Assembly: GCA_964568425.1 (NCBI GenBank)
Contig: CAZMPO010000002.1
Span: 82,840 to 146,839 of the forward strand
Direction of reading: 5' to 3'
Length of the DNA stretch: 64,000 bases
DNA from: an uncultured Lachnospiraceae bacterium
GTDB lineage: Bacteria > Bacillota > Clostridia > Oscillospirales > CAG-272
Below, one piece after another: positions 55,284 through 64,000 of the stretch (position 1 is the stretch's first letter; each line of letters opens with the position of its first letter). The position numbers and the translations under genes were made by a program. The notes under the pieces are model-generated. The model was not told the DNA's origin, made no database searches, and saw only the letters and a list, made by a program, of their open reading frames with translations.

Positions 55284-56420
55284 TCAGTCCCCTGCCTTTG
55301 TCACTTTTTTAACATATGCGCGTCTGCGTTTGTGTATTTCTCTCGGGAAACGCTTCCACTGATTTTGAATGGCAAAATTGTCTTCGAGATTTAGGTTCGT
55401 TTCGGCATATTCGATGTTGTCCTCGGCGAGCATTCGCATGAGCTCGGAGGTGATTATGGCGGTGATGCCTCTGTTTAAGTATTCGGGATGGACCGCGATA
55501 AGCCCGAGATCGAGCACCTTCGGATGCTTGATCGCACCGAGCAGACGAACAAGCGCGGCAGGTGTCATATGACCTCTCGACCTCTGAACGGCGCGCGCCA
55601 GCGACGGAAAGCAAATTCCCATGCAGACGATCTTGTCGTTTTCGTCAAGGATCGCCGCGACATATTTCAGATCGATGATCAGCTTGAAATTGTCGATCAT
55701 CATTTTTTTCATGCCGTCGGTGAAGGGAACTGTTCCGTAAAGTCCCTCGTATCCGATGTCGATCAGTTCAAACAGACCATCGGCGTATTTGTTTATAAAA
55801 TCCCCGACATTTTTTGCCTTGCCGATACGCAGCTTGTAACGATTCATTACAAAGTCGGACATTTTTTTCATCTGTGCGATCGACTCGGGGTCGGGAGCAC
55901 GCAGTATCGATTCGTTCCAGTCGACCTCTTTGGCATATCCGCTGTCCTCAACAAGTTTTGGGTAGTAATCGTAGTTGTACTGCTCCTCGTATGTGGACAG
56001 CCTGTCAAAGCCCTCGATCAAAAGCCCCTCGCGCTCAAGATCCGAAAAGCCGAGCGGACCGCAGACTGTGTCCATGCCTTTCTCGGCGGCAAAATCCTCA
56101 ACCGCCGAGAAGAGCGCGCGAGAGACCTCTGTGTCGTCAATGCAGTCAAATCGCGTAAATCTGACACGCTTTTCGCCATGCTTTTCGTTCGATGCCCTCT
56201 GCAGGATCGCGGAAATGCGTCCGACGGTCACACCGTCCCTCTTGGCGAGAAAATATTCGCTCTCACAGCTGTCGTTGTATATGTAATTTTTTGAAAAGAT
56301 CTTCTTCTCATCTGCCCAAAGCGGCGGGACAAAATACTCACAGTCTTTGTACAGCCTCAGCGGAAAGTTGAGAAATTCGTTTTGGTCGTTTTTGCTTCTT
56401 ACCTTGATGATGTCTACCAT
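55284..56420 (-). CDS. uncharacterised 378-aa protein, possibly GNAT-fold acyltransferase-like
   Basis: A continuous ORF packed tightly between degV and plsX (1-nt gap to the plsX start). The C-terminal segment LGLIAVHPEYLNRGITAII resembles the GNAT acyl-CoA binding motif. The family was not confidently recognised. Confidence 0.45.
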   Translation of the reverse strand: MVDIIKVRSKNDQNEFLNFPLRLYKDCEYFVPPLWADEKKIFSKNYIYNDSCESEYFLAKRDGVTVGRISAILQRASNEKHGEKRVRFTRFDCIDDTEVSRALFSAVEDFAAEKGMDTVCGPLGFSDLEREGLLIEGFDRLSTYEEQYNYDYYPKLVEDSGYAKEVDWNESILRAPDPESIAQMKKMSDFVMNRYKLRIGKAKNVGDFINKYADGLFELIDIGYEGLYGTVPFTDGMKKMMIDNFKLIIDLKYVAAILDENDKIVCMGICFPSLARAVQRSRGHMTPAALVRLLGAIKHPKVLDLGLIAVHPEYLNRGITAIITSELMRMLAEDNIEYAETNLNLEDNFAIQNQWKRFPREIHKRRRAYVKKVTKAGD

Positions 56421-56431
56421 AACAGCCTCGC

Positions 56432-57322
56432 TTATCTGTGCAGAGCGTGAAAGCAGATGCCCGCTCCGTTCGGTCCGCAGTGACTGCCAGCTGTCGGATT
56501 GGTAGGTACTATCTCGATATCAAGTGCATCTCCGAACTCTGCGCGCATCATGTCGGCAAGCTCGTTTGCAAATTCGGGAGCATCGGTGTGACCGACGATC
56601 ACCTTGTGGGAGGCAACATCGTCACCAAGCTCTCTCGCATAGGATATCAGCTTTTCCATTGCGCGCTCTCTGCCGCGCTCCTTGCCTATGCTGACCATCT
56701 TTCCCTCGGGCGACATGTAGATGATCGGGCGTATGCCGAGCAGTGTGCCCATGGTTGCCGAAATGCCGCTGACTCTGCCCGAGCGCTTGAAGAACTTGAG
56801 ATCGTCGGCAAAAAAGTACATCGCATAGTGATCGACCTCACGCTCCGCCCAAGCAAGCACTTCTTCAACCGATACTCCGTCCGAGAGCATTTTCCCGACC
56901 TCGGAAAGGATAATGTATCCCATGATCGCGATTCCTTTGGTGTCTATCGAGTAGAATTTTCTCTCGGGAAAATCGGCACGAAGACGCTCGAGTGCCTTTT
57001 CCATTACGTTAAACGTACAGCTCATCTCAGCCGAGAAATGGACATAGAGTATGTCGTTTCCTGCCTCAAATTCGGGGCGAAAATAGTTGTCGTATGCCTG
57101 TTCGGTCAGTGCGCTCGTTGTCGGGAGCGTGCCCTCGCGAAGCTTGTTGTAGAATGCGTGAATGTCAAATTCGCTTGGATCGTTTCCAAACTCGGCGTTG
57201 TCCTCGTATGGTCTGATCTCGCGTCCGTCGATCGCAAACGGCATGCTGATAAGCTTGCATCCGTGTTTTTTCGCGACCGCCGGGGTGATGTCGCAGTCGG
57301 TATCCGTAAAAAGTGTAAGCAT
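56432..57322 (-). CDS. DegV family fatty-acid-binding protein (FakB-like)
   Basis: Begins MLTLFTDTDCDITP from ATG 57322. DegV-like length of 296 aa. Adjacent to a DAK2-domain protein. Confidence 0.8.
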   Translation of the reverse strand: MLTLFTDTDCDITPAVAKKHGCKLISMPFAIDGREIRPYEDNAEFGNDPSEFDIHAFYNKLREGTLPTTSALTEQAYDNYFRPEFEAGNDILYVHFSAEMSCTFNVMEKALERLRADFPERKFYSIDTKGIAIMGYIILSEVGKMLSDGVSVEEVLAWAEREVDHYAMYFFADDLKFFKRSGRVSGISATMGTLLGIRPIIYMSPEGKMVSIGKERGRERAMEKLISYARELGDDVASHKVIVGHTDAPEFANELADMMRAEFGDALDIEIVPTNPTAGSHCGPNGAGICFHALHR

Positions 57323-57347
57323 TTTGATATTCCTTTCGTATTTTGAG

Positions 57348-59018
57348 TTATTCAAGTACCGCAATGTAATCGTATATCGGCTGACCACCGTCGATCATTA
57401 TTATCTCGAGCTTTCTGTATTTTTCGCGAAGCCTGTCGCAAAGTGTACGCGCGACATTTGTCTTCGCATCCTCGCCGACAAGCAGCAGCATGACCCCGTA
57501 GCAGGACAGGTCTTCTGCCTCGAGCATCCGATAGAGCGCATCCTCGGCACATTTTGCCTGCGATAAGATCTCGTCGCCCGTGAATCCGATGTAACTGCCT
57601 TCCTCGACCGACACACCGCCGACCTTGGCACATCTTTCGGCACGCGATACGCTGAGCGTGCGAACCTGCGAGATGATGTCCGATAGCTCGGACATTATCG
57701 TGTCGGTGTCGCCCTCGGTGTCCATCATCGACATCGCCGCATAGCCTTCTCCGACCGTTCGCGTTTCAAGTACGCAGATCTTTGACCCATCGTAAAGCTC
57801 GGATGCCTGTTTTGCCGTCATTATTATGTTTTTGTTGTTCGGAAAAACAAATATCCTCTCGGCGTCTGCCGCCTTGAACGCATCTATCATGTCGGCAACC
57901 GACGGATTCATCGATTGCCCTCCGTCAACAACGGCATCCGCGCCAAGCGATCTGAAGGTCTCTTTAAGCCCCTCTCCTGCCGCAACGACAACGATGCCCG
58001 TCTTTTTGCGAGCTTTTTTCGCAAGCAGTTCCTGTGCGTTGTCACCGCGCGCAACCGCCGCCTTGTTTTGGAATGTCATGTTCTCGATCTTGAGCGTCAG
58101 AAATTCACCGTATTTTTGACAATGATTTAAGACATCCCCGGGGACCTTCGTGTGGACGTGGACCTTCACGATGCTGTCCTGTATGAACGCGACGATCGAA
58201 TCTCCGACCGATTGCAGATACTCTATCAGAGCGTCAAGGTCAAAGCTTACGATATCGCATTTTGATGATTGAAGCCTTAAAAGAAATTCGGTGCAGTAGC
58301 CGAATTCGAGCGTGCTTTCGGGTGAAAACAGCGAAAAATCCACATTTGTCGCTCCGCCGACCGAAACTTCCCCCTGCTCAAAACCGCGCTCGGGCATTTT
58401 GCCAAGGAGCGCGTCTCGCATTCCCTCGAATATGCAGAGAAGTCCGGCACCGCCGCTGTCGACCACGCCTGCCTCCGCAAGTGCCGGAAGCAGATCCGTG
58501 GTGCGATCGAGCGAGCGTCGCATCTCGTCGAGCAGAGCATCGAAATACTCGGCTATCTCACCGCTTTTTGCGGTGCTGTTTGCATAGGCGACCGCATCCT
58601 TGAAAACGGTCAGTATAGTGCCTTCAACAGGGCGGGGAACTGCGCTGTATGCCGACCTTACTCCCGCACTCATCGAACGCATCAGTCTGTCGATGTCGGC
58701 AGATTCGATCGTCGAAAATTCGCTTGTTATTCCCGAAAAAATACGCGAGAGTATTACACCCGAATTTCCGCGCGCGCCGAGAAGCATCCCGTCGGACGCC
58801 GCCTTCGCCGCATCGCAAAGACGCTCGCCCGCAATCTCAGCCGCCGCCGCACCTCTGTCAAAGGTCATCAGCATGTTGTCGCCCGTGTCACCGTCGGGGA
58901 TCGGGAAGACATTTAAGTCGTTGACGCTCTGACGGTGCTCGGCAAGCCTGCCCGAGCCTGCGCGAAGCATGTCTGCAAAGATCTTTCCGCTTATCGTTGT
59001 CGTGTTATTTGCTGTCAT
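57348..59018 (-). CDS. DAK2-domain protein (YloV/FakA-like fatty acid kinase subunit)
   Basis: Motifs: LNVFPIPDGDTGDNM, GARGNSGVILS. Length 556 aa. Confidence 0.8.
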   Translation of the reverse strand: MTANNTTTISGKIFADMLRAGSGRLAEHRQSVNDLNVFPIPDGDTGDNMLMTFDRGAAAAEIAGERLCDAAKAASDGMLLGARGNSGVILSRIFSGITSEFSTIESADIDRLMRSMSAGVRSAYSAVPRPVEGTILTVFKDAVAYANSTAKSGEIAEYFDALLDEMRRSLDRTTDLLPALAEAGVVDSGGAGLLCIFEGMRDALLGKMPERGFEQGEVSVGGATNVDFSLFSPESTLEFGYCTEFLLRLQSSKCDIVSFDLDALIEYLQSVGDSIVAFIQDSIVKVHVHTKVPGDVLNHCQKYGEFLTLKIENMTFQNKAAVARGDNAQELLAKKARKKTGIVVVAAGEGLKETFRSLGADAVVDGGQSMNPSVADMIDAFKAADAERIFVFPNNKNIIMTAKQASELYDGSKICVLETRTVGEGYAAMSMMDTEGDTDTIMSELSDIISQVRTLSVSRAERCAKVGGVSVEEGSYIGFTGDEILSQAKCAEDALYRMLEAEDLSCYGVMLLLVGEDAKTNVARTLCDRLREKYRKLEIIMIDGGQPIYDYIAVLE

Positions 59019-59043
59019 TTTTGCTCCTTTTAGTGTCGATCAA

Positions 59044-59286
59044 TTATTTGACTTTTATCGGTGCTTTCAGCTCGATGATGTCATAAAGCGTGCATCCAAG
59101 CACCTCGCAGATCTTCATAAGCGTGCTGAGATGCACCGGCTGGTTTTTGCCAAGCTTTGCTATTACCGCAGAACTGAGTTTGGTCATGTTTTGCAGATCT
59201 TTTTTCTTCATTTTTCTGTCAATAAGCAGTTTCCAAAGCTTGTCATATGACAGCTTCAGTGTTTGAGTTACCTTTTCGCCTGACAT
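59044..59286 (-). CDS. small XRE-type helix-turn-helix regulator
   Basis: 80 aa from ATG 59286. HTH region KKKDLQNMTKLSSAVIAKLGKNQPVHLSTLMKICEVLGC. Confidence 0.7.
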   Translation of the reverse strand: MSGEKVTQTLKLSYDKLWKLLIDRKMKKKDLQNMTKLSSAVIAKLGKNQPVHLSTLMKICEVLGCTLYDIIELKAPIKVK

Positions 59287-59317
59287 GATTGTCACCTTCC
59301 TTTTTCCTTGTATCGAT

Positions 59318-59346
59318 AGTATATCACAAATTTCGACATTTGTCAA
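59318..59346 (-). promoter_or_regulatory. sigma-A type promoter (TTGACA-17-TATACT) with an embedded palindrome ACAAAT-N6-ATTTGT
   Basis: On the minus strand, TTGACA is at 59346-59341 and TATACT at 59323-59318. The palindrome spans 59326-59343. Confidence 0.55.
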
Positions 59347-59380
59347 CAAAAATCTTTATTTTCGTAAAGATTTTCTTTTT

Positions 59381-59420
59381 TTACCAAAAGAAAAAGAGCT
59401 GCCTTTTGCAAAACAGCTCT
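59381..59420 (-). terminator. terminator after the transglutaminase gene
   Basis: Stem agagctg / cagctct followed by a T-rich tract on the minus strand. Confidence 0.65.
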
Positions 59421-59430
59421 TTAACCTATG

Positions 59431-62406
59431 TTACATCACCGCGCGTACATATCTGTACCACAGCTTTTTGGGTATCGACAGTGCCGAGTATTCGGTCTTT
59501 ATCAGAGACTCTGCAAATTCTCCGAGCCCTTCAAGCCCGTCTCTGCCTATCTCTCCCGAAAATTCGAGTTCTTCCATTATTTCGGTGATCTCGGTCATGG
59601 TGTGTGACCATGCAAGGCGTCTGCGTATCGCCGCTGCCGCTTTTTTGTCACGCACATCGGGACGCGACGGATGATCTACTCTGTAGGCAAATTCGTGCGG
59701 TGTCTCGCCCGAGTGCGGCTTTGCGACGGTCAGCCTGATGACCTCCCATATGCAGTCGATGAGTACTCCGGACATCGCCGCCATCTCGGCTTTGTCCTCG
59801 AAGCTTCCGTAGATCGCGCGCTCGATGTAGTAATCTCTTCCCGCGCGTATCTTCTTTTGTCGCCTGTACATCAAAATCAGGATGGCGGCAACGATCGCCA
59901 CAGCTCCGATCGATATGCATATCTTTGCAATATCGGCGGCGGACAGCGTGAATTTGTCCTTTTCCTCATTATCGCCCTCATCTTCTTTGATATCGGGCTC
60001 TTTTGCGGTGTCGCTCGTTTCGGGGGTTGTGGTGGATTCGGGTCTTGACGTTACCGGATCGACGATCGACGGCAGATTTGAGTCGCTCGATCTGTCAATA
60101 TAGTAAATTGCCGAATAATATGACGGTGTTACCTCGATCGTGCGCCAGCCGAGCCCGTCTATCCAGACCTCGACCCATGCATGTGCATCCTCGTCGGTCA
60201 CCGATGAGCTGTAGTTCTTGTTCCCCTCATCGTCCTTGCTCTCGTAAAAGTCGCTTGCGAGATATCCCTGAACATATCTTGCGGGAATGCCCAGCTCCCT
60301 TAATATGAGCGTTGCCGCTGTCGCAAATTGTACGCAATACCCGTTTTTCGTCTCAAGCAAAAATGAGTCGATGTCAGACGCGTACGTCCCGGACGGCTTT
60401 GTCGGCTCTGTTGTGTACTCGTAATTTAATATCATGTAGTTGACGACCGCCATGATCTTGTCAAAATCGGTCGGTGCGGTGTTTACTTCATCATACAGCT
60501 CGGCGGCGATCGCTTTTATGCTCTCAAGTGACGCCCCCTTGCCGTAGAACGCCTTTACATAGTCTGCGTATTCTTCATATGCACTGACGTTCTCGGCGAT
60601 CCACTGCCTGCGGTTCGACGATTCGAGAAATTCCTCGATCCCGACAGTTCCGTAGCTTGAAAGACCCTCGCGCTCAAGCCGTTCGGTGAAACGCTTGCGG
60701 AGATCGTCGGCGTCCGAGGTTGCGATGTTTGCCGCATTTTTCAAAAAGTCGTTGACAAGCAGATTGTACCTTGCCGCGCTGTCCGCATTTGCCGCAAAAT
60801 TCTTGTATGTGTAGGTCGGAAGGATGGCAGGGGCGGTGAATGCCTTTTTGAGATTCAGCCAGCTTGATGTGTATATGCCGTCCGAATAGAGCTCAACGCT
60901 CTCCGAGTATTTGTCATCTCTTGACATGTATTCGTAGTTGCCGATCGATGCTCCGGCATAGCTCTGCGGCATCGTGTATAAAAGCCCTGTGCTTTTTATC
61001 GATTGCACATCAACAAGCGTCGCGTAATATCCGAGCGTTGAGCCGTCGTAATATTTGTCTTTCGGGAACGAATCGGGGTCAAGCCACGAGTCCAATCTGC
61101 GGTAGAGCGAATATGTCAGCGTGTCTCCGCTGATCCCCGCATATCTGTTTCGCATCACGGCGAGCATGTCCTTGTAATCGTCATCGGTGAGCAGATCCCA
61201 CGAGTCGTCACTCTCGTTAAAGTCCGAGGCGATCCAGCTGCGCAGATATATGTTTCGGTTTTTTGTGTACGAGGACACCTTGAACAGCTGTACACCGTCA
61301 AACTGTATGTCTTCAAGTCCCGCCGATCGCTTGTCGATCAGCGAGTTCATCACGTTGAGCCTCGGGTCACCGCCCGTCAGCAGGGTCATCACGATATTTC
61401 GTGCCGATGATATCGGACGGCTTATCGCCTTGATCTCTCGCCAGGGGGTCTTGATCGCCGCGGCAGGACCCGCAAGGACAGCTATCACAAGCAGACCCGC
61501 AAGTGCCGATGAAAATCCCGAATAGGCGCGCGATTTCTTTGAATTTTTGTGCTCGGCGTACAGTCTGTCATATGCCGAAAGAACGATGGTCGAGCAAAGT
61601 CCTGCCAAAATGCTGACGATGCCGATGTTGCTTCCGGTCAAATTGTAGGTAAAGCAGAGAGCACAGATCAGCCCTCCGAAGATGAGCATCGGAATAAGCC
61701 TTGTCCGTTTTGCCGAAAATGCGGCAAATATCAGCCCGATGAGCGTTGCAAGCGTGAATATTCCACCGTAGATCAGCGCGGTCTCAACACGCTCGGATGA
61801 GACCGACAGCGAGCCGAGCGACGGCAGATCAAAACGTGCGAGCGTGGCATATCCGAGCTCCTCGAGCATGTCCATCATTCTGCTCCAAAGTCGCTCAACA
61901 CCGTCGGTGATCAGCGTTATGGGCGAGCCGACAAAGAGAAAGACTCCGCCGATAAATGCCGCTATCATGCCTGCTCCGACAAATATCAGCTTGCCGCCGA
62001 TGAAGCAGAGCGAGAATGCCGCGACAGATCCGACACAGTAGAAGAGAAGTGCCCACAGATTGATCTCGACAAGCTCAAATGAGTCAACGATCAGCGCGCA
62101 TATGCCGAATACCGAAAGCCCGATCGAGAAGAATCGAAGCAGATAACCGATCGGTATCGATAAGGGAAACCCCTTCATTTTGTCGGGGGCATAGAGCGTC
62201 GCATCCTCGTTTCGCTTAAGAGCGCGTTTCTTGCGACGTGCGGCTTTGGCACTCTCTTTTGCGCGCTTTGCGGCAATTTTCTTTTCTTTTTTGCTTTTGT
62301 TTTTGCTCTTTTCGGTGATCGTTTGCGATTCGTTGTCCGACGGCAGATCGGAGGTTATGTATTCTTCGAGATCGACCGTTTTGTCGGTCTTTTTGCGCTT
62401 ATTCAT
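59431..62406 (-). CDS. transglutaminase-domain membrane protein (TgpA-like, with a DUF4129-like C-terminus)
   Basis: Lys-rich N-terminus and multiple TM helices. The transglutaminase core shows GYCVQFATAATLILRELGIPARYVQGY and DAHAWVEVW. ATG 62406 has SD aaggagg; the track ORF starts at 62430. Confidence 0.8.
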   Translation of the reverse strand: MNKRKKTDKTVDLEEYITSDLPSDNESQTITEKSKNKSKKEKKIAAKRAKESAKAARRKKRALKRNEDATLYAPDKMKGFPLSIPIGYLLRFFSIGLSVFGICALIVDSFELVEINLWALLFYCVGSVAAFSLCFIGGKLIFVGAGMIAAFIGGVFLFVGSPITLITDGVERLWSRMMDMLEELGYATLARFDLPSLGSLSVSSERVETALIYGGIFTLATLIGLIFAAFSAKRTRLIPMLIFGGLICALCFTYNLTGSNIGIVSILAGLCSTIVLSAYDRLYAEHKNSKKSRAYSGFSSALAGLLVIAVLAGPAAAIKTPWREIKAISRPISSARNIVMTLLTGGDPRLNVMNSLIDKRSAGLEDIQFDGVQLFKVSSYTKNRNIYLRSWIASDFNESDDSWDLLTDDDYKDMLAVMRNRYAGISGDTLTYSLYRRLDSWLDPDSFPKDKYYDGSTLGYYATLVDVQSIKSTGLLYTMPQSYAGASIGNYEYMSRDDKYSESVELYSDGIYTSSWLNLKKAFTAPAILPTYTYKNFAANADSAARYNLLVNDFLKNAANIATSDADDLRKRFTERLEREGLSSYGTVGIEEFLESSNRRQWIAENVSAYEEYADYVKAFYGKGASLESIKAIAAELYDEVNTAPTDFDKIMAVVNYMILNYEYTTEPTKPSGTYASDIDSFLLETKNGYCVQFATAATLILRELGIPARYVQGYLASDFYESKDDEGNKNYSSSVTDEDAHAWVEVWIDGLGWRTIEVTPSYYSAIYYIDRSSDSNLPSIVDPVTSRPESTTTPETSDTAKEPDIKEDEGDNEEKDKFTLSAADIAKICISIGAVAIVAAILILMYRRQKKIRAGRDYYIERAIYGSFEDKAEMAAMSGVLIDCIWEVIRLTVAKPHSGETPHEFAYRVDHPSRPDVRDKKAAAAIRRRLAWSHTMTEITEIMEELEFSGEIGRDGLEGLGEFAESLIKTEYSALSIPKKLWYRYVRAVM

Positions 62407-63826
62407 CTTGGTCGACCTCCTTTTGTACATTTGCTCTCGACACGCCGCCGCTTATCCTGCCGTCGCGCGCATCAAGTACCTTTATGCCTTGACGAGACAG
62501 CTCCGAAAGCGAGTTTTCAAGCTCCTCGAAGTATCTGCTCTTTTCGGACTCTGCGATCTTTTCGGTCGGGATGTAGGTGTAAAACTCGGACGCGGAACCT
62601 CCGCGAACGCCTGTCGTCGAAAGCGACGATACAAGCCCGCGTGATACTCTGCCGCCGACAAAACAGAATGTCGCATTGTCGACAGCATCCGAGACTATCT
62701 CGGCAAGAGATGTGACCTCGTGCTCGGTCCTGACGATGGGCGCGGTCGCGAAAAGTCTGTAGATCTCGTCAAATGCGGCGGGAGAGTCGATGCGTGCCGC
62801 CAGGTATCCCTCGCTGACTCGATCGTCAAACCAGATGAGCGTGACCGAGCTGCCTGCCGTCAGCAGAAGTGCATTGACAATGGCGATCGCACTCTCGATG
62901 ATGCCGTCTGCCGCAAATTCGTTTATGTCGTCTGCATATTTTTTGGGATCGCTTTCATATCTTACCGCGTTGTCGCAGATCACGATCGTCTGCTTTTCGC
63001 TGTTTTTGGCGTATTGGCGTACCAAAAGCTCCTCTGTTTTGGAGGAAAGCTTCCAGTGTATTGCACGAAGCGAATCCCCGGGGGTGTAATTTCTTATGTC
63101 CGATATCTCGGTGTTGTCGTTGCCCGAATGCCTGTTTACCGTTTCGGTGATGTCGCTGTCAAGCCTGTCTCCGTCCCGCCCCGAAAGGGTGCGCCTTGCC
63201 GGGAAGACAAAGATCTCCCTTGACAGATTGACATCCATACGATAGCAAAAAAGTCGCATGGGGTCTGATATGTAAATGTCGGACACGCCTATCTCGTATC
63301 CGCCGCGATAGGCAAAGGAAAGTGTCTTTTTGATCTCGTAGCTGCCGAGCGGAATCAGCGAAAGTCGGGTGAGCCGCCTCTGACAGCGTACCGCATCATC
63401 CGACGGAACTGAGATCATCGCATCGACGAACGGGAAGGGGATCGGCGAGCTGTTGCTGACTGTCAGCGAAAAATCGACCGGTGAGCCCTTTTCGACCTCG
63501 GTGTAGTCGGACTCGGTGTAGATCTTGATCGTCAGCGCGCCGATCAAAAGATAGACAAGTGCCATTATCGGCAAAAAGATCATAAAGACGAGTATAACCG
63601 CAGATACCGAGCTTCGCAGCGTCTGCGTGAACACTGTCGCAAAGATCAGCATCGCGATATAGATCGCAAAATTCGCCGTCGGACGGAATTTGACCCCGCG
63701 TCCGTCGTGCCCCGCAAAACGCTCCTTGATCGGTGCTGTAATGCGGCGGCATTTTTCCCGAAGGTGCGAGAGCATTGTGCTCACGCGCCGAGAAAAGCTT
63801 TTTATCGACTGTTTTGTTGATTTCAT
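62399..63826 (-). CDS. DUF58 domain protein
   Basis: Two N-terminal TM helices and the DUF58 motif IRNYTPGDSLRAIHWKLSSKTEELLVRQY. Confidence 0.8.
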   Translation of the reverse strand: MKSTKQSIKSFSRRVSTMLSHLREKCRRITAPIKERFAGHDGRGVKFRPTANFAIYIAMLIFATVFTQTLRSSVSAVILVFMIFLPIMALVYLLIGALTIKIYTESDYTEVEKGSPVDFSLTVSNSSPIPFPFVDAMISVPSDDAVRCQRRLTRLSLIPLGSYEIKKTLSFAYRGGYEIGVSDIYISDPMRLFCYRMDVNLSREIFVFPARRTLSGRDGDRLDSDITETVNRHSGNDNTEISDIRNYTPGDSLRAIHWKLSSKTEELLVRQYAKNSEKQTIVICDNAVRYESDPKKYADDINEFAADGIIESAIAIVNALLLTAGSSVTLIWFDDRVSEGYLAARIDSPAAFDEIYRLFATAPIVRTEHEVTSLAEIVSDAVDNATFCFVGGRVSRGLVSSLSTTGVRGGSASEFYTYIPTEKIAESEKSRYFEELENSLSELSRQGIKVLDARDGRISGGVSRANVQKEVDQDE

Positions 63827-63840
63827 CTGCCGTCTGCCTG

Positions 63841-64000
63841 TCAGTTCTTCTTTTCGGATCGGTCTGTACCCTCACCGCGCGAGCCGCGGAAGGGAACCGA
63901 TGTGTGAGAGAGTATGTCGGAAAGGACAGCCTCGGCATTCTTGCCCGCAAGCTTTGCCTCTTGGGTGAGTACAAGTCTGTGTGAGAGTACCGGACGAGCC
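63841..64000 (-). CDS. MoxR-like AAA+ ATPase, C-terminal 52 codons only (cut by window edge)
   Basis: Hand translation gives ARPVLSHRLVLTQEAKLAGKNAEAVLSDILSHTSVPF.. with stop TGA at 63841-63843. This is a typical MoxR C-terminus and sits upstream of the DUF58 gene. Confidence 0.7.
   Translation of the reverse strand, partial: ARPVLSHRLVLTQEAKLAGKNAEAVLSDILSHTSVPFRGSRGEGTDRSEKKN

Overview
This window looks like ordinary core chromosome from an endospore-forming Clostridia-class Firmicute. The taxon is inferred only from gene content and synteny; no database search was possible. I call about 55 protein genes, almost all housekeeping.
- Translation and aaRS genes: valS with a T-box leader, alaS, hisS, aspS, cca, prfB, rpmB, rpmF, der, and an ABC-F ATPase.
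- Replication and recombination: SRP RNA followed by dnaX-ybaB-recR, plus a ComEC-like gene.
- Sporulation: spoIIAA-spoIIAB-sigF and spoIIE.
- Envelope and lipid: murD, plsY, plsX-acpP, a fakA/degV pair, an LtaS-like sulfatase, a PAP2 phosphatase, and amidases/peptidases.
- Other: mtnN-luxS, feoA-feoA-feoB plus an untracked 59-aa Cys-rich ORF, one tRNA-Lys(CUU), and a MoxR-DUF58-transglutaminase operon at the right edge.

No CRISPR array, mobile element, prophage or recognisable defence or toxin system is visible, and I could not identify a convincing new multi-gene system.

The most interesting unexplained signals are non-coding:
- Three 18-bp palindromes phased exactly 34 bp apart in the feo leader.
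- A 480-bp gene-free interval holding a perfect 27-bp inverted repeat and degenerate repeat units.
- A roughly 50-bp AT-rich module duplicated just upstream of the -35 of two unrelated promoters.

Secondary observations are domain-level oddities and local sequence anomalies:
- A cyclophilin-HIT fusion.
- A VanX-like domain lacking two Zn ligands, fused to an M14 peptidase.
- A ComEC with a degenerate metallo-beta-lactamase motif.
- An extended L28 translationally coupled to an unknown gene.
- An uncharacterised 378-aa protein inside a fakA-fakB-plsX-acpP operon.
- A VTC/DUF4956 pair.
- Two apparent 1-nt frame disruptions at gene 5' ends (trmK, yceD).
- An in-frame stop in an LRR surface protein.

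All product calls rest on motif recognition by eye and on synteny, not on searches.
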